Below, in pieces: positions 11,375 to 21,900 of a stretch of 53,179 nucleotides of DNA. A program made the translations under genes and the position numbers. The stretch is from Macrostomum lignano (taxonomy: Eukaryota), in the NCBI GenBank assembly GCA_002269645.1, contig NIVC01004252.1, positions 1 through 53,179 of the forward strand, read 5' to 3'. Below the pieces are notes generated by a model, which did not search any database, was not told the DNA's origin, and saw nothing but the letters and a program-made list of their open reading frames with translations. The stretch's first letter is position 1; each line of letters starts with the position of its first letter.

Positions 11375-12370
11375 CTATTCGAGATCTGCTTTTGGTAATA
11401 GCAATCCATTGCCCATAACGTTTGAATTTAAGAAAATTCCTGAACCTGCTTTTGGTCGCATTTCGAGATATAATCCGCTTCCGTCGTGTTTTTCAATGAT
11501 GTTAAAATCTTTTCCTAATTTATTAAAAATTTTCTGAACAGCTGGTCTAAAATTGGATCCAATATTGTCAAAAAATCCTTTAGCTTTCTCACCCGTTTTT
11601 TCTAAAGTTTGGCCAAATTCATGTAGTTTATCTGCGACAACTCCGCTTCCTTGGGTTGTTCCTTTTAGTACCAAACCATTCCCGTGATTTGTTCCTTGCA
11701 AGAGTAAACCTTTTCCAGCTGATAACCTAGCTTCTGCATTTCTTTTTTGCTCGGCTGTTGCTGAACTACTATTAATTGTATCGATAAGTTTTTGTTTAAA
11801 TTGTGCGTCCTGCGTTATTTGCTGTCTTTGAAATTCGGCCTCTCTTTTAGCTTTTTCGTCCGCAGCTTTTTTGTCATTTACTGCTTTTGCAATTCCAGCT
11901 GCTCCGCCAGCAACTCCTCCAGCTGCTCCAATTCCTGCAAAAATTATTGGGAGCAAAGCTGCAAGGGGTAAGATTCCCCCCTGTTTCGCTCTTAACTCTC
12001 CTAGCTGTTTTACATTATCATGAATTCTTTTTCCGGCTAAACCGACTGCTCCAGCTGCGCCAAGTCCTAAAAGAAGCGGTAGAATGGGTAGTAATCCGCC
12101 GTCCTTTTTAGTGTGAGTCTCCATTAAAAATTTCACATCGGAGTCTGTCAACCTATAATTTCTGCCGCGATTCTTAAAGGATATTGGCCTTCCTTCTTGT
12201 GCATATTTTGCTGCGAGTTTAAATGTATCGATGTCGTAGTCAAACTTTTTACCTAATCGATCCAATCTTTTTAACATTGTGTGGGTTTGCTTATTATCAT
12301 CAAGATTTAAGGTATCTACAATTTCTCCTATAAAATATAACCGGTTTTCATCATCATTAACTGAGTCCAT
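11375..12370 (-). CDS. Core/membrane-active precursor with adenovirus pX-like segments
   Basis: GGLLPILPLLLGLGAAG and GGILPLAALLPIIFAGIGAAGG resemble the adenovirus pX C-terminus (GGILPLLIPLIAAAIGA). Six GxG-hydrophobic motifs in the C-terminal third. Confidence 0.7.
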   Translation of the reverse strand: MDSVNDDENRLYFIGEIVDTLNLDDNKQTHTMLKRLDRLGKKFDYDIDTFKLAAKYAQEGRPISFKNRGRNYRLTDSDVKFLMETHTKKDGGLLPILPLLLGLGAAGAVGLAGKRIHDNVKQLGELRAKQGGILPLAALLPIIFAGIGAAGGVAGGAAGIAKAVNDKKAADEKAKREAEFQRQQITQDAQFKQKLIDTINSSSATAEQKRNAEARLSAGKGLLLQGTNHGNGLVLKGTTQGSGVVADKLHEFGQTLEKTGEKAKGFFDNIGSNFRPAVQKIFNKLGKDFNIIEKHDGSGLYLEMRPKAGSGIFLNSNVMGNGLLLPKADLE

Positions 12371-12380
12371 TTTTATATTG

Positions 12381-12779
12381 TTAAAATTTCTTTAATCCTT
12401 TTCCACCTTTAATAGTATTTAACATTTTATTAAAATCCTGAATATCTTTATTACTTATTGGCGTGGTTTTCGTGGGGGTTTCTGTTGGTTGTGCGGCTTG
12501 TGCCAGCTTTAAATCTTTTATTGCATTTATTTGTGAGAGGGTGTCGTTAAAATCTCTCAATTTCTTTAGTTCTTCTGCCGCTCTAGCTGCTTCAATTCCT
12601 CCTTTTACAGCATTTGTTATAGAGCCTGCTGCAGAGCCAGCTTGCCCTATAAGCCCCATATTGTCTTTAACAAAATTTGCTGCTGTTCCAACCAAATCAA
12701 AAAGTCCCTCACCTCGGTATTCAATTGGATCTCCTACCTGATACTCATTTATATTTTGCACATGTGTAACGTGTGTCAT
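12381..12779 (-). CDS. Putative virion core precursor (132 aa)
   Basis: ATG after an A-run; RGEGLFDLV followed by an amphipathic Gly/Ala helix; ends GGKGLKKF. Confidence 0.6.
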   Translation of the reverse strand: MTHVTHVQNINEYQVGDPIEYRGEGLFDLVGTAANFVKDNMGLIGQAGSAAGSITNAVKGGIEAARAAEELKKLRDFNDTLSQINAIKDLKLAQAAQPTETPTKTTPISNKDIQDFNKMLNTIKGGKGLKKF

Positions 12780-12829
12780 TTTTTGTTCTATTTTTAGTAA
12801 CAGAAAAAAAGAATACGAGAACACACAAA

Positions 12830-13460
12830 AGAATATTTTTCAACCCAAGATGGTGTATATACTGCATTGAGTCATTTTTTTCTGGACGTCCAGAATTTTT
12901 CTGGACGATTTGTTAAAAACTTATTCATTGATGGTGGGCACCCCATTTTACTTGTGACGCGCGGAGCCTGTCTTCTTCTTCCTGAGAGATGAGCTAGAAC
13001 TGGGTTGATGGCTGTGGTTTTTATAGAGTTGGATGGCTGAGTGGGCGTTCAATTCCTGCTACGGCAAGATTTTGCAAGCTAGCCAATAGTGGCTATGAGA
13101 GTAATTTTTTGTTGAGTGTTACTATTACCATGACTCAGTTTAAACTCTTTTGTGACCCTTCGCGCCTGCGGCGCGGGCAAGGGGTTATAGAGTAGTAGTA
13201 TAGAAAAAGACGCTTACAGATCAGACCTTATTTTAATGGCCGTTTTTAAGGTCTTAAGAGGGGGGACGCGAGGGGGGTGTTGGGGAGTGTTTGGAAGTGT
13301 TGGGAATGATTTTTATTGTTAGGGGTGATTATGGGTGATTAGATGTATTAGTGGTGTTTAGATGTGTTTTTTTATTTACCCCCCGTGTCCCCCCTCTAGA
13401 CCCTTAAAACGGTCATTAAAAAAGTGCTCTGGGTCTAGAAGCGTCTTTTTCTATACTACT
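12830..13460. repeat. Non-coding terminal region (probable right TIR) with palindromes and an internal inverted copy of the terminus
   Basis: No convincing ORF. Palindrome 12880-12895. 13194-13215 is the exact reverse complement of 13439-13460. Confidence 0.7.
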
Positions 13461-14097
13461 GTTCCGTCACCAATCTATATAATTTATGCGATTTTTACCT
13501 ATCTTTTCTCCACGTACTTGTTATTTCGCGATGCATTACAAAATTTCGAGCACTGCAGTAAAAGCACGGTAAGTGACAGTCTTTTTTAAAGCATTTATAA
13601 AATTATACTCATCCTTCAACACTTTCTACGAGCTAACACTTCTAAACTCAACTTTGTTGTCCTCTGACAAAATTGGAATCGATCCCAGCTTCTATATAAT
13701 GTTGCCATTGTATGGGTTTTGTACCCTTTCACAGATACTAAATTCCCTGGATTTAATCAACAAACGTTTAGCAGAAATTCTCTCTGCTCATTAGTATGAG
13801 CGTAAAAAGCAACATTCCTTTTTCAACTAGTAGATTCATTCCAGATTGCTCCTGCTCGTAAAACGGATCCCTTATAGCAGCCCTAGATTCTGGCTGATAT
13901 ACAAACTATAGATTTCTTTTATAAACAGATATGGATAAAGTTAAAACGTGGTTGCTATTGGTTGCAAGCTCTCTCATTCATACTAAGTGCATGCATGTAA
14001 TAAGATGGCTTTATCCAACCAAATAGCCTCTTTGGAGTGACTAGACGATCTAAAACTCAAATGCTGGCCCTAAAATCGTATCGCCCTAACCTTGCAG

Positions 14098-14448
14098 AAC
14101 TGGTGGTACAGTCAGACTGACTACCCGAAGGTGTACATTCAGTTCCTGAAGTTTCAAGCCAAGCAGTTCCGACGATTCGGCCAAAGAAATCTGACTCGTC
14201 GAATTGTCGATGCCAATAGCGACCCAGACGGAGTGCAGGCTCGCGCCGACAACAACTTTGCGGCTGTAAAGCGAGGCATCGATTCGCTGGGCCGGACTCG
14301 GTCGTCGGCAACTTCAAAGCGGTCGGACTCGACCGGCATCGAAGCAAAGCTCGTCAACCTGAAGCTGCAGTCAAAACGTCGACGCAAGCAGATCAACGAC
14401 GTTGAAGCAAAGTTGGATCGGTTGATTCAACTTGTTGAGAGGCGTTGA
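14098..14448 (+). CDS. Terminal coding exon of a TRP-channel paralogue (coiled-coil C-terminus); upstream exons not in the window
   Basis: CTAAC..TTGCAG acceptor at 14086-14097. Highly similar to exon 25305-25670, with similarity starting at the acceptor and continuing about 700 bp downstream. Confidence 0.6.
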   Translation, partial: NWWYSQTDYPKVYIQFLKFQAKQFRRFGQRNLTRRIVDANSDPDGVQARADNNFAAVKRGIDSLGRTRSSATSKRSDSTGIEAKLVNLKLQSKRRRKQINDVEAKLDRLIQLVERR

Positions 14449-15159
14449 TATCACGTGTAAATCGATTACTTATTTATAATCACATAAAAAATTTAATCAG
14501 GTAAACTACGCAAGACCTTTTTAAAAAACATGTACTTTTATTTAATGCGTCCTAAAAAACTTTATTAACTTAAGCTTTGGTTGAGAGGTCAGTTCTCTGT
14601 AACTTGATTGTTTTTACGTACCTATATTGCTAAAAGATTTTACTATAGGTTGTAATTATCCAGTGTTAAACAAGTTTTAACTATTTTTTATTATCAGTAC
14701 CTACTATATGTACACTTTTTATTGAATTGTTCTAATTAATATTGTATGTTGGTACGTTTATCCAGTTTTATTAACAGCTATGGCTACTATCTGACAATTG
14801 CATATAAGAAGAGACAATGAATTAACAGGTATTTTTAGTATAGTATAGCTATATTTTTGCTAACAAGAAAGTTTGACACAACACTGTGAATCCCTTAAAA
14901 TTGCTTAAAATATTCGTTATTCAGTTTAAAGTTCACATGAAATAAACTTACGCTTTCCATGTCGAAAGTTTGCGAATTTACTTTGAAGATAAAAACAAAT
15001 AATTAACGCTTTTCAATGAATCACTGAGTGCGATTATCTGAAGAATAGCCAGAAGAGTAATCTTCTGTATCTTTGCGTGCAACTATTATAAGCAGTTAAT
15101 TTGGTTCTGTAAGGAATGTAAAATTTGGGGCCGTAATTGGGGCCCGATGGGGATTTGGG

Positions 15160-15335
15160 CCCGATGGGGCCGTAGTCCAGTGGTTGGCCAAGGCTCGATT
15201 TCAAGTGCAGTCACATTAATTTGAGACTATAGCTAGTTTGGAATCTCGGCTTGGCTCTGTAATTAACGCCCTTGAAGGCCAACCCCCAAGACAGTTGAAT
15301 GTGCATGCCGAACGATGAATAAACGATAAAAATGA
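15160..15335 (+). mobile_element. tRNA-derived SINE, partial copy
   Basis: GGGGCCGTAGTCCAGTGG..GGCTCGATTTCAAGTGCAGTCACATTAATTTG..GGCCAACCCCCAAG matches the copy at 32326-32696. Confidence 0.7.
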
Positions 15336-15976
15336 TAAAAATACAAAGCTAAGCTTTGTTTGCTGTGGTTAGTACATGCAGCTCCACAACTGATTTCGGC
15401 TTCGGTCACCTATCGAGGCAGCCACTGTCTGACGTTGATGGCCAACAAGCACTTTTAAATTACGCCGAGATTCAGTCGACGTGTCGACGTCGCGTATGTC
15501 AGATACATCGGCGGACGACGGAATGTTGCACGGGTGAGTCACTTCTGATGCTCCTCGATGCCAGCGCGGTGACTTCCAGTTGTATTCCGCATAGTCCAAT
15601 CAGAGAAGAGCAATGCATCGTAAGGATATTTTTTAAAGTAAATAATTAGTTTGTGCTGTAATTACAAGCTACTTTTCATTTACGCACGATATGTCGACTG
15701 TTGAACTGTAAAGTCAAGCTTCTCTGTAAGGAGCGCTTACTTCAAGGTGCGCACATTTAGGCTTGGCAAAAGTCGACGAAACGAAGATACGCTCGTACAA
15801 ACTAGGGCTTCGTCTCCACGTCTCCTTGGTGCTGGCACCTACAGTATAGCACTATGTCCATTTAAACTATTGCTTACAATGAGGTCACAGTCGAAGAACT
15901 TTAGCTTAAAAGGCCCCACCCAGCTCAGCACTTAAAATAGACTAAGCAGAGTGGATTGGTCCGGCCAGTTAAAAAG

Positions 15977-18900
15977 ATGGCGCAGGCGGGCACGAACGGT
16001 AAGCGTTAGACAACCGCAAAAGAAAATAAAAATGCTTAGGTTTGATGCTGCCCCATTCTAACCAGGCATTCTTGGGCCCACTTGGTTCCAATTGTCAAGC
16101 CCCAACATGCGTGCCATGTGCCCTGAGCGAAGCGGGCCCATGAATCCTTCATTCTAACCTCAAACCAACCATCTCTCTGCCCTCTCTGTGCACTTGTTGA
16201 CAATAGATAGCGAAGATCATTCTCCTGCGATAGTGTTTCAGTGTTACAGTTTCAGATTGTAAATCTGTAATTTTCGAATGTAGTGGCTCAGACCATACAG
16301 TGTGTGTTGATATCTTTCTGTTACAAGCTACCACAGTCAGAAAATTTGCTTTGTATGCCATATTGTGCCAGAGTGCGATAGTGTGCGATAGTATGCCATA
16401 GTGTGCCATAATGTGCCATAGTGTGCCATAGTGTGCCATAAGTAACATAATGTGCCATAAGTAACATAATGTGCCATAAGTGTAACATAATGTGCCATAG
16501 TGTGCCATAGTGTGCCATAGTGTGCCATAGTGTACATGTATGCCATAGTGTGCCATAGTGTGCCATAAGTGTAACATAATGTGCCATAAGTGTAACATAA
16601 TGTGCCATAAGTGTAACATAATGTGCCATAAGTGTAACATAATGTGCCATAAGTGTAACATAATGTGCCATAAGTGTAACATAATGTGCCATAAGTGTAA
16701 CATAATGTTCCATAGAATGCATGGCGCCCCAGGTGCTAAATTAAAGCCTCTAGTGCTCGAGTCCAAAACAGAAGAAACAGCGCTGATTCAGAAAAATATT
16801 AGAGGAATGTTTGGTTTGTGGTTTTTTTCTTCACTGAATTAGGCCGAGGCTGTTTGACAGTCACGATGCCAGAGGTGCACGCGGCATGAGAGTGTGAGTG
16901 TGGCACACACAAAAGAAAAATTAGAAAAACAAGTCTTCAGTATCTGCTCAACACAGACTCGGTCAAGTGTAAACGAAATCGTTAAACAATAGGGGCTCTC
17001 GCTCGGCAGCTAAATATGGAATTATTTGGTACTGTGTTCGCATTCGAACCATTTTTAGAATGTGGAAGACTGATACTGCAAGAACATGCAACTCAATCTC
17101 AATGCTTTTGCGCACACTCACGTTTTCTACCTTTCGCAACATCTTTGGTTATAGCCATAAGTGCCTGTTTTATTTTATCATCGCAAGTTTCAGATTTAAG
17201 GTTCAGATTTCTGTTATTTACCAAAAATAGCTGCAAAGGGTTGAGCAGTCCCTGCGTTTGTATAAATATGACCAGTCCCCATCGCAAGCGGGAGGGAGCC
17301 AAGATTCGACTCTCTACTTGTGTCGAAGTTTTGACCTAGTAAACGTACGACTGTCAGCCCGTTTAGTGAAGTTCTGGTAAGCAAAACGATTGTACTGCTG
17401 TCTCTGTAATTAACACTTATGTACAGTATACGTGTGCTATGCTTTTTTATTTACTGACAAATTTCATATACAGAACTAGACTTGGAATTTTATTGTTAAT
17501 ACCGGTCAGATCTTAGAGATTTAGTATATTGTGAATAGCATTTCATGAATCTTGGCATTTTATGCCTTTTGAGCTTCGGTAACACAGCAACCCCCCCTTA
17601 AGCCTTGGCACACGATGCCAGAGTATGGCACACTATCGCATCTACTATAACACACTATGGCATACACCATGGCATACACTATGACATACACTATGGCATA
17701 CACCATGGCATACATTATGGCATACAGTATGGCACACTAAGGCATACTAGGGCACACAATTGCACACTATGGCATACACTATGGCACACTATGGCATACA
17801 CTATGGCACACTATGCCACACTATGCCACACTATCGCACACTATGGCACACTATGGCACACTATGGCATACACTATGGCACACTATGGCATACACTATGG
17901 CACACTATGTCACACTATTGCACACTATGGCACACTATTGCACACTATGGTACACTATTGCACACTATGGCACACAATTGCACTCTATGGCATACACTAT
18001 GGCACACTATGGCACACTATGGCACACTATGGCATACACTATGGCACACTATGGCACACTATGGCATAGACTATGGCACACTATGGCACACAATTGCACA
18101 CTATGTCACACTATTGCACACTATGGCACACAATTGCACACTATGGCACACTATTGCACACTATGGCACACTATGGCACACTATTGCACACTATGGCACA
18201 CAATTGCACTCTATGGCATACACTATGGCACACTATGGCACACTATGGCACACTATGGCATACACTATGGCACACTATGGCACACTATGGCATAGACTAT
18301 GGCACACTATGGCACACAATTGCACACTATGTCACACTATTGCACACTATGGTACACAATTGCACACTATGGCTCACTATTGCACACTATGGCACACAAT
18401 TGCACTCTATGGCATACACTATGGCACACTATGGCACACTATGGCACACTATGGCACACTATGGCACACTATGGCACACTATGGCATACACTATGACATA
18501 CACTATGGCACACTATTGCACACTATGGCATACACTATGGCACACTATGGCATGCACTATGGCACACTGTGAGCAGGAGAACAGGAGAATAAGCATTGCT
18601 TACTGTATTTATTGTTAACGAATGCGCAGTCCCGGGCAGAGGAATTTGGGTTTGAAGTTTGAATGAGGCAGTCTTTCTTCTCTTGCTACATGTATTGTCA
18701 ACGCTGCTGCGAACCTTCCTGCGCTTGAAAGTTAGCTCGCCATCTTTTTGACTGGTTATGTCAACCACTCTGCTCAGTCTTTTTTAGCGCTGAGCTGGAT
18801 GGGGCAGTTTCTGATAAAGTTCCTTAACTGTGACCTCATTGTAGGCAAGAGTTTAAAGAGACAATTTTTTTGTAGTGGTGCTATAGGCTTTAGCACCAGG

Positions 18901-21900
18901 GGCTTTAGCACCAGGGGCGCAAGCATTACCAACCCCTCAGCTTTCATGCAATTAAGTATGTTAACCTGATCATAGTACTTGTAATATAATTTGAGTAGTT
19001 ACATAACCATTGGATATCGCATGTAGTGGATATTAAAAGGAGGAATAGCTCTACCATACTACCTACCATACTACCTCTAGCTAATAAAAATCTGACATGA
19101 AAATTATAATTTACACGGATATACCCATTACTTGACAGCTCGACACACAGAGACGTTCGGCCATCAGCAGAGGATGGCGGATGACATATCAAGAGAAAGC
19201 AGTGACGGCAGCCACAACGTCAGGGAGTTGACAATTGTAGACGTCGATGCGAGCTTCGTTGGCGGCAGCTCTACCGAGCAAAGCCTCGCTGAGAAAAATT
19301 CGTCAGCCCAGTTTCATCAGCGAGACGGTGAAGATTATGAAGCACAGCTGCCGAAACCCACTGAACTTCATCAATCTGTTCAGCATGTAAAAGTCAATGC
19401 CGTCCTTCAACTGGACTGCGACAGTAGCGACTCAGAAGCCGAGTTGGACCAAGAAGACGGCACTACTATGAATGCTCGTGAGGATTCTTCAAGCAACTAT
19501 CGAGATTCAACAGACGCTTCGCATAAAGCCGCAGAGGTGCTCAAAGAGTGTGCAGAGGACTTTATGAGAAGAATTATTCGTCTAGCAAAGGTTGGTAGAT
19601 TCTCAGAAGCCAATAAACTGCTCATGCAAATACCCGATGACTTTTCGGGTCAGCATGTTCACGATAAAAGCAGACGAACTGCAGCTCACTATGCAGCGAT
19701 GAGCACCGATGGAGAGTCCACATTGCTGCACATTCTGCGACTGTTCGGGTCTCGAGCTCTGCTTAAAGAAGACTACAAGTCGGTCACGCCGCTCCACCTC
19801 TCGCTTGGTTGCCATTCTACTGGGACTGTGAGAAAAATTCTCTCTGACATCATAGATAGCGGTGAAATGGTTTCCGAACTGCTCAAGACGCTGAAGACGT
19901 CACGCAGAAACACCATAGCGCACTATGCCGCCTCAAACACAGAGCACCAGGACGTGCTGAGTCTGCTGATTGACTCAACACCCACCAGTTGCGGTGATCT
20001 GTTTGCTCCGAACTCCGCTGGACAAACAATGCTGCACATGTCGATTGAGAAGTTCAGTCCAGAGAGAATACCGGCTTTATTAGAGATTGGTCACACACGC
20101 AGTGGCTGTCTCACGAAGCATCTTAAAACGAAAGACCAACAGGGAAACTCCAGCATTCACTATGCTGCCATGCGAGGTGCAACCGAGGCTGTACTTCGGG
20201 CTGTTGAGTTTGAAAAAAACTGTGCCTTTTTTACAAACAAAAAAGGGCAGTCGGTTCTGCAACTGGTACTTAAACACTGTAGTATGGATACTGCAGCAGT
20301 ATATTTCATGATGTCTACTTCTAAATGTCGTCAACTAAAAAGAGTTTTTAATTTGGACGTCTCAACTCAGCTAGACTATGATAAAAACTCACTTATGCAC
20401 TACGCTGCCATGAACAAAGATATAATATTCGTAATTTTCGAATTCATCGAAACAGAAAAAGTTAAAAGCGAAAAAACATGCTGCAAAAAAATAAAACCCA
20501 GCAAGTCAGCTAAAACTCTTGAAGGTCTATGCAGAAAAAACAACAAGTCAGAGACGGCATTACATCTGGCGTCGGTGCACTGCCAGCCAAGCGTGCTGTT
20601 GCGACTGCTGAATGCAATGAATACCGCATGCGTCAGCCTGCAGGACACTTCTGGAAACACGTGCATGCACTACATGGCCCATAGGACAGACTGTTCAGAA
20701 GCACTTCTCACTGCACTCAGGATTTCTGGCTCAGTAGGCCTATTGAAGCAGAACAAACTGGGTCAGACAGTGCTGCATTGCTTGGCACACCAGGAAGATG
20801 AGGCCACTCTATTGGAGCTGCTACCAACTGCCAGAGTTGCTGTTCTCAAAGCCGCAGATGACGCAGGCAACACAGTATTGCATCTCGCTATCTCATGCGG
20901 CATGCTCACATTCACTGATGCCGTTGTGAAGAAGCTCGCGAGTGACTGCATCTTCTGGCGGAATAACAAGCAACAAACAGTGGCGCACCTTGCTTTTGCG
21001 AACTTCAAGTCTTACAAATTCTTGAAGGAAAATTTCCCTGGCGAACTCGATAAGTCATTGAAATCCTTGGACGCATCAGGGAGGAACCCGCTTTTCTATG
21101 CGAGCTTCAACTGGAACGTGGCTGCACTCGAGGCTTTCAAATCAAGCGACGAAATGACTCGCGTTGACGCTGACGGCAACAGCCTGATGCACGCACTCTT
21201 CATGAACACTACGGCACCCAGCGGCATAGAAGCCTTTATCAAATCGCTGAAGCTCATTGCCAAAGCCGGAGTAACTCTGGACACTGAGAACAGCATTGGT
21301 AAGACTTGTCTCCAAGTGTGCGAAATTCGAGAGAACTTGTTGAAGCAAATTTTAGAAGCGGCCGTGGACACCAACAATGTTGGAAAGCTGATCAAGGCGA
21401 TGCTTCACAGCTCGACTGGGACGCATGCGGTTCATCTCGCTGCCACCAGGTACCGCTTGAGAGACTTTGTTGAGCCACTTGCCTGCTTATCTGGCATCGA
21501 AGCATCCGAACTACTGTCACTGACAGTCTCGTCAGGAACTCACAGAGGAGCGACTTGTCTTCACTTTGCGTGTCAAGCAGGTCACGAGGACAACATCAAG
21601 TTTCTCATTGAAAAGGGCTTGTCGCTGTCCTCACCGACCAATGACGGACTCACACCAATCGACTTTGCCTGCAACAGTGGAAAGGATGGCGCAGTTGAGA
21701 AAGCATTTCTGAGCAGTGGCGGGAGAAAGACAAACCTGCTGAGACTTCTGGACTTGCCGAAGCGAGCATTGGATCTGCCTGATAGGGAGACGGCCAACAG
21801 AGTTCTGAGCTCCGTCAGTGTATCAGCGAGTGTCCCTAAGCAACATCAGAGAGCACTCTCAGGTGTAAACCTTCTTGTCACTTCCATTGAACTTGACGCA

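Larger units (their letters stand above)
1..13460. mobile_element. Maverick/Polinton (adintovirus-like) endogenous element, right part; left end and any integrase lie outside the window
   Basis: Compact AT-rich intronless cluster with MCP, A32-like ATPase, penton, cysteine protease and protein-primed PolB. Ends in ...TTTTTCTATACTACT at 13460, matching the 5'-AGTAGT...ACTACT-3' ends known for Polintons. Confidence 0.93.

Noticed and set aside
13194-13460. Independent MITE
   Set aside because: Flanks (GTTATAG/AGT versus GTTCCG) show no target-site duplication; treated as part of the Polinton end.
1-13460. Retroviral-type integrase
   Set aside because: No DDE/rve motifs seen in any ORF here; it may lie left of the window, so integrase status is unknown.
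13362-13794. ORFs 13362-13589 and 13573-13794
   Set aside because: They straddle the element terminus and AT-rich flank; no recognisable protein features.
16149-18618. Long ORFs with [10 protein letters not shown]-type repeats
   Set aside because: Artefacts of a satellite lacking stops in several frames; no unique coding flank.
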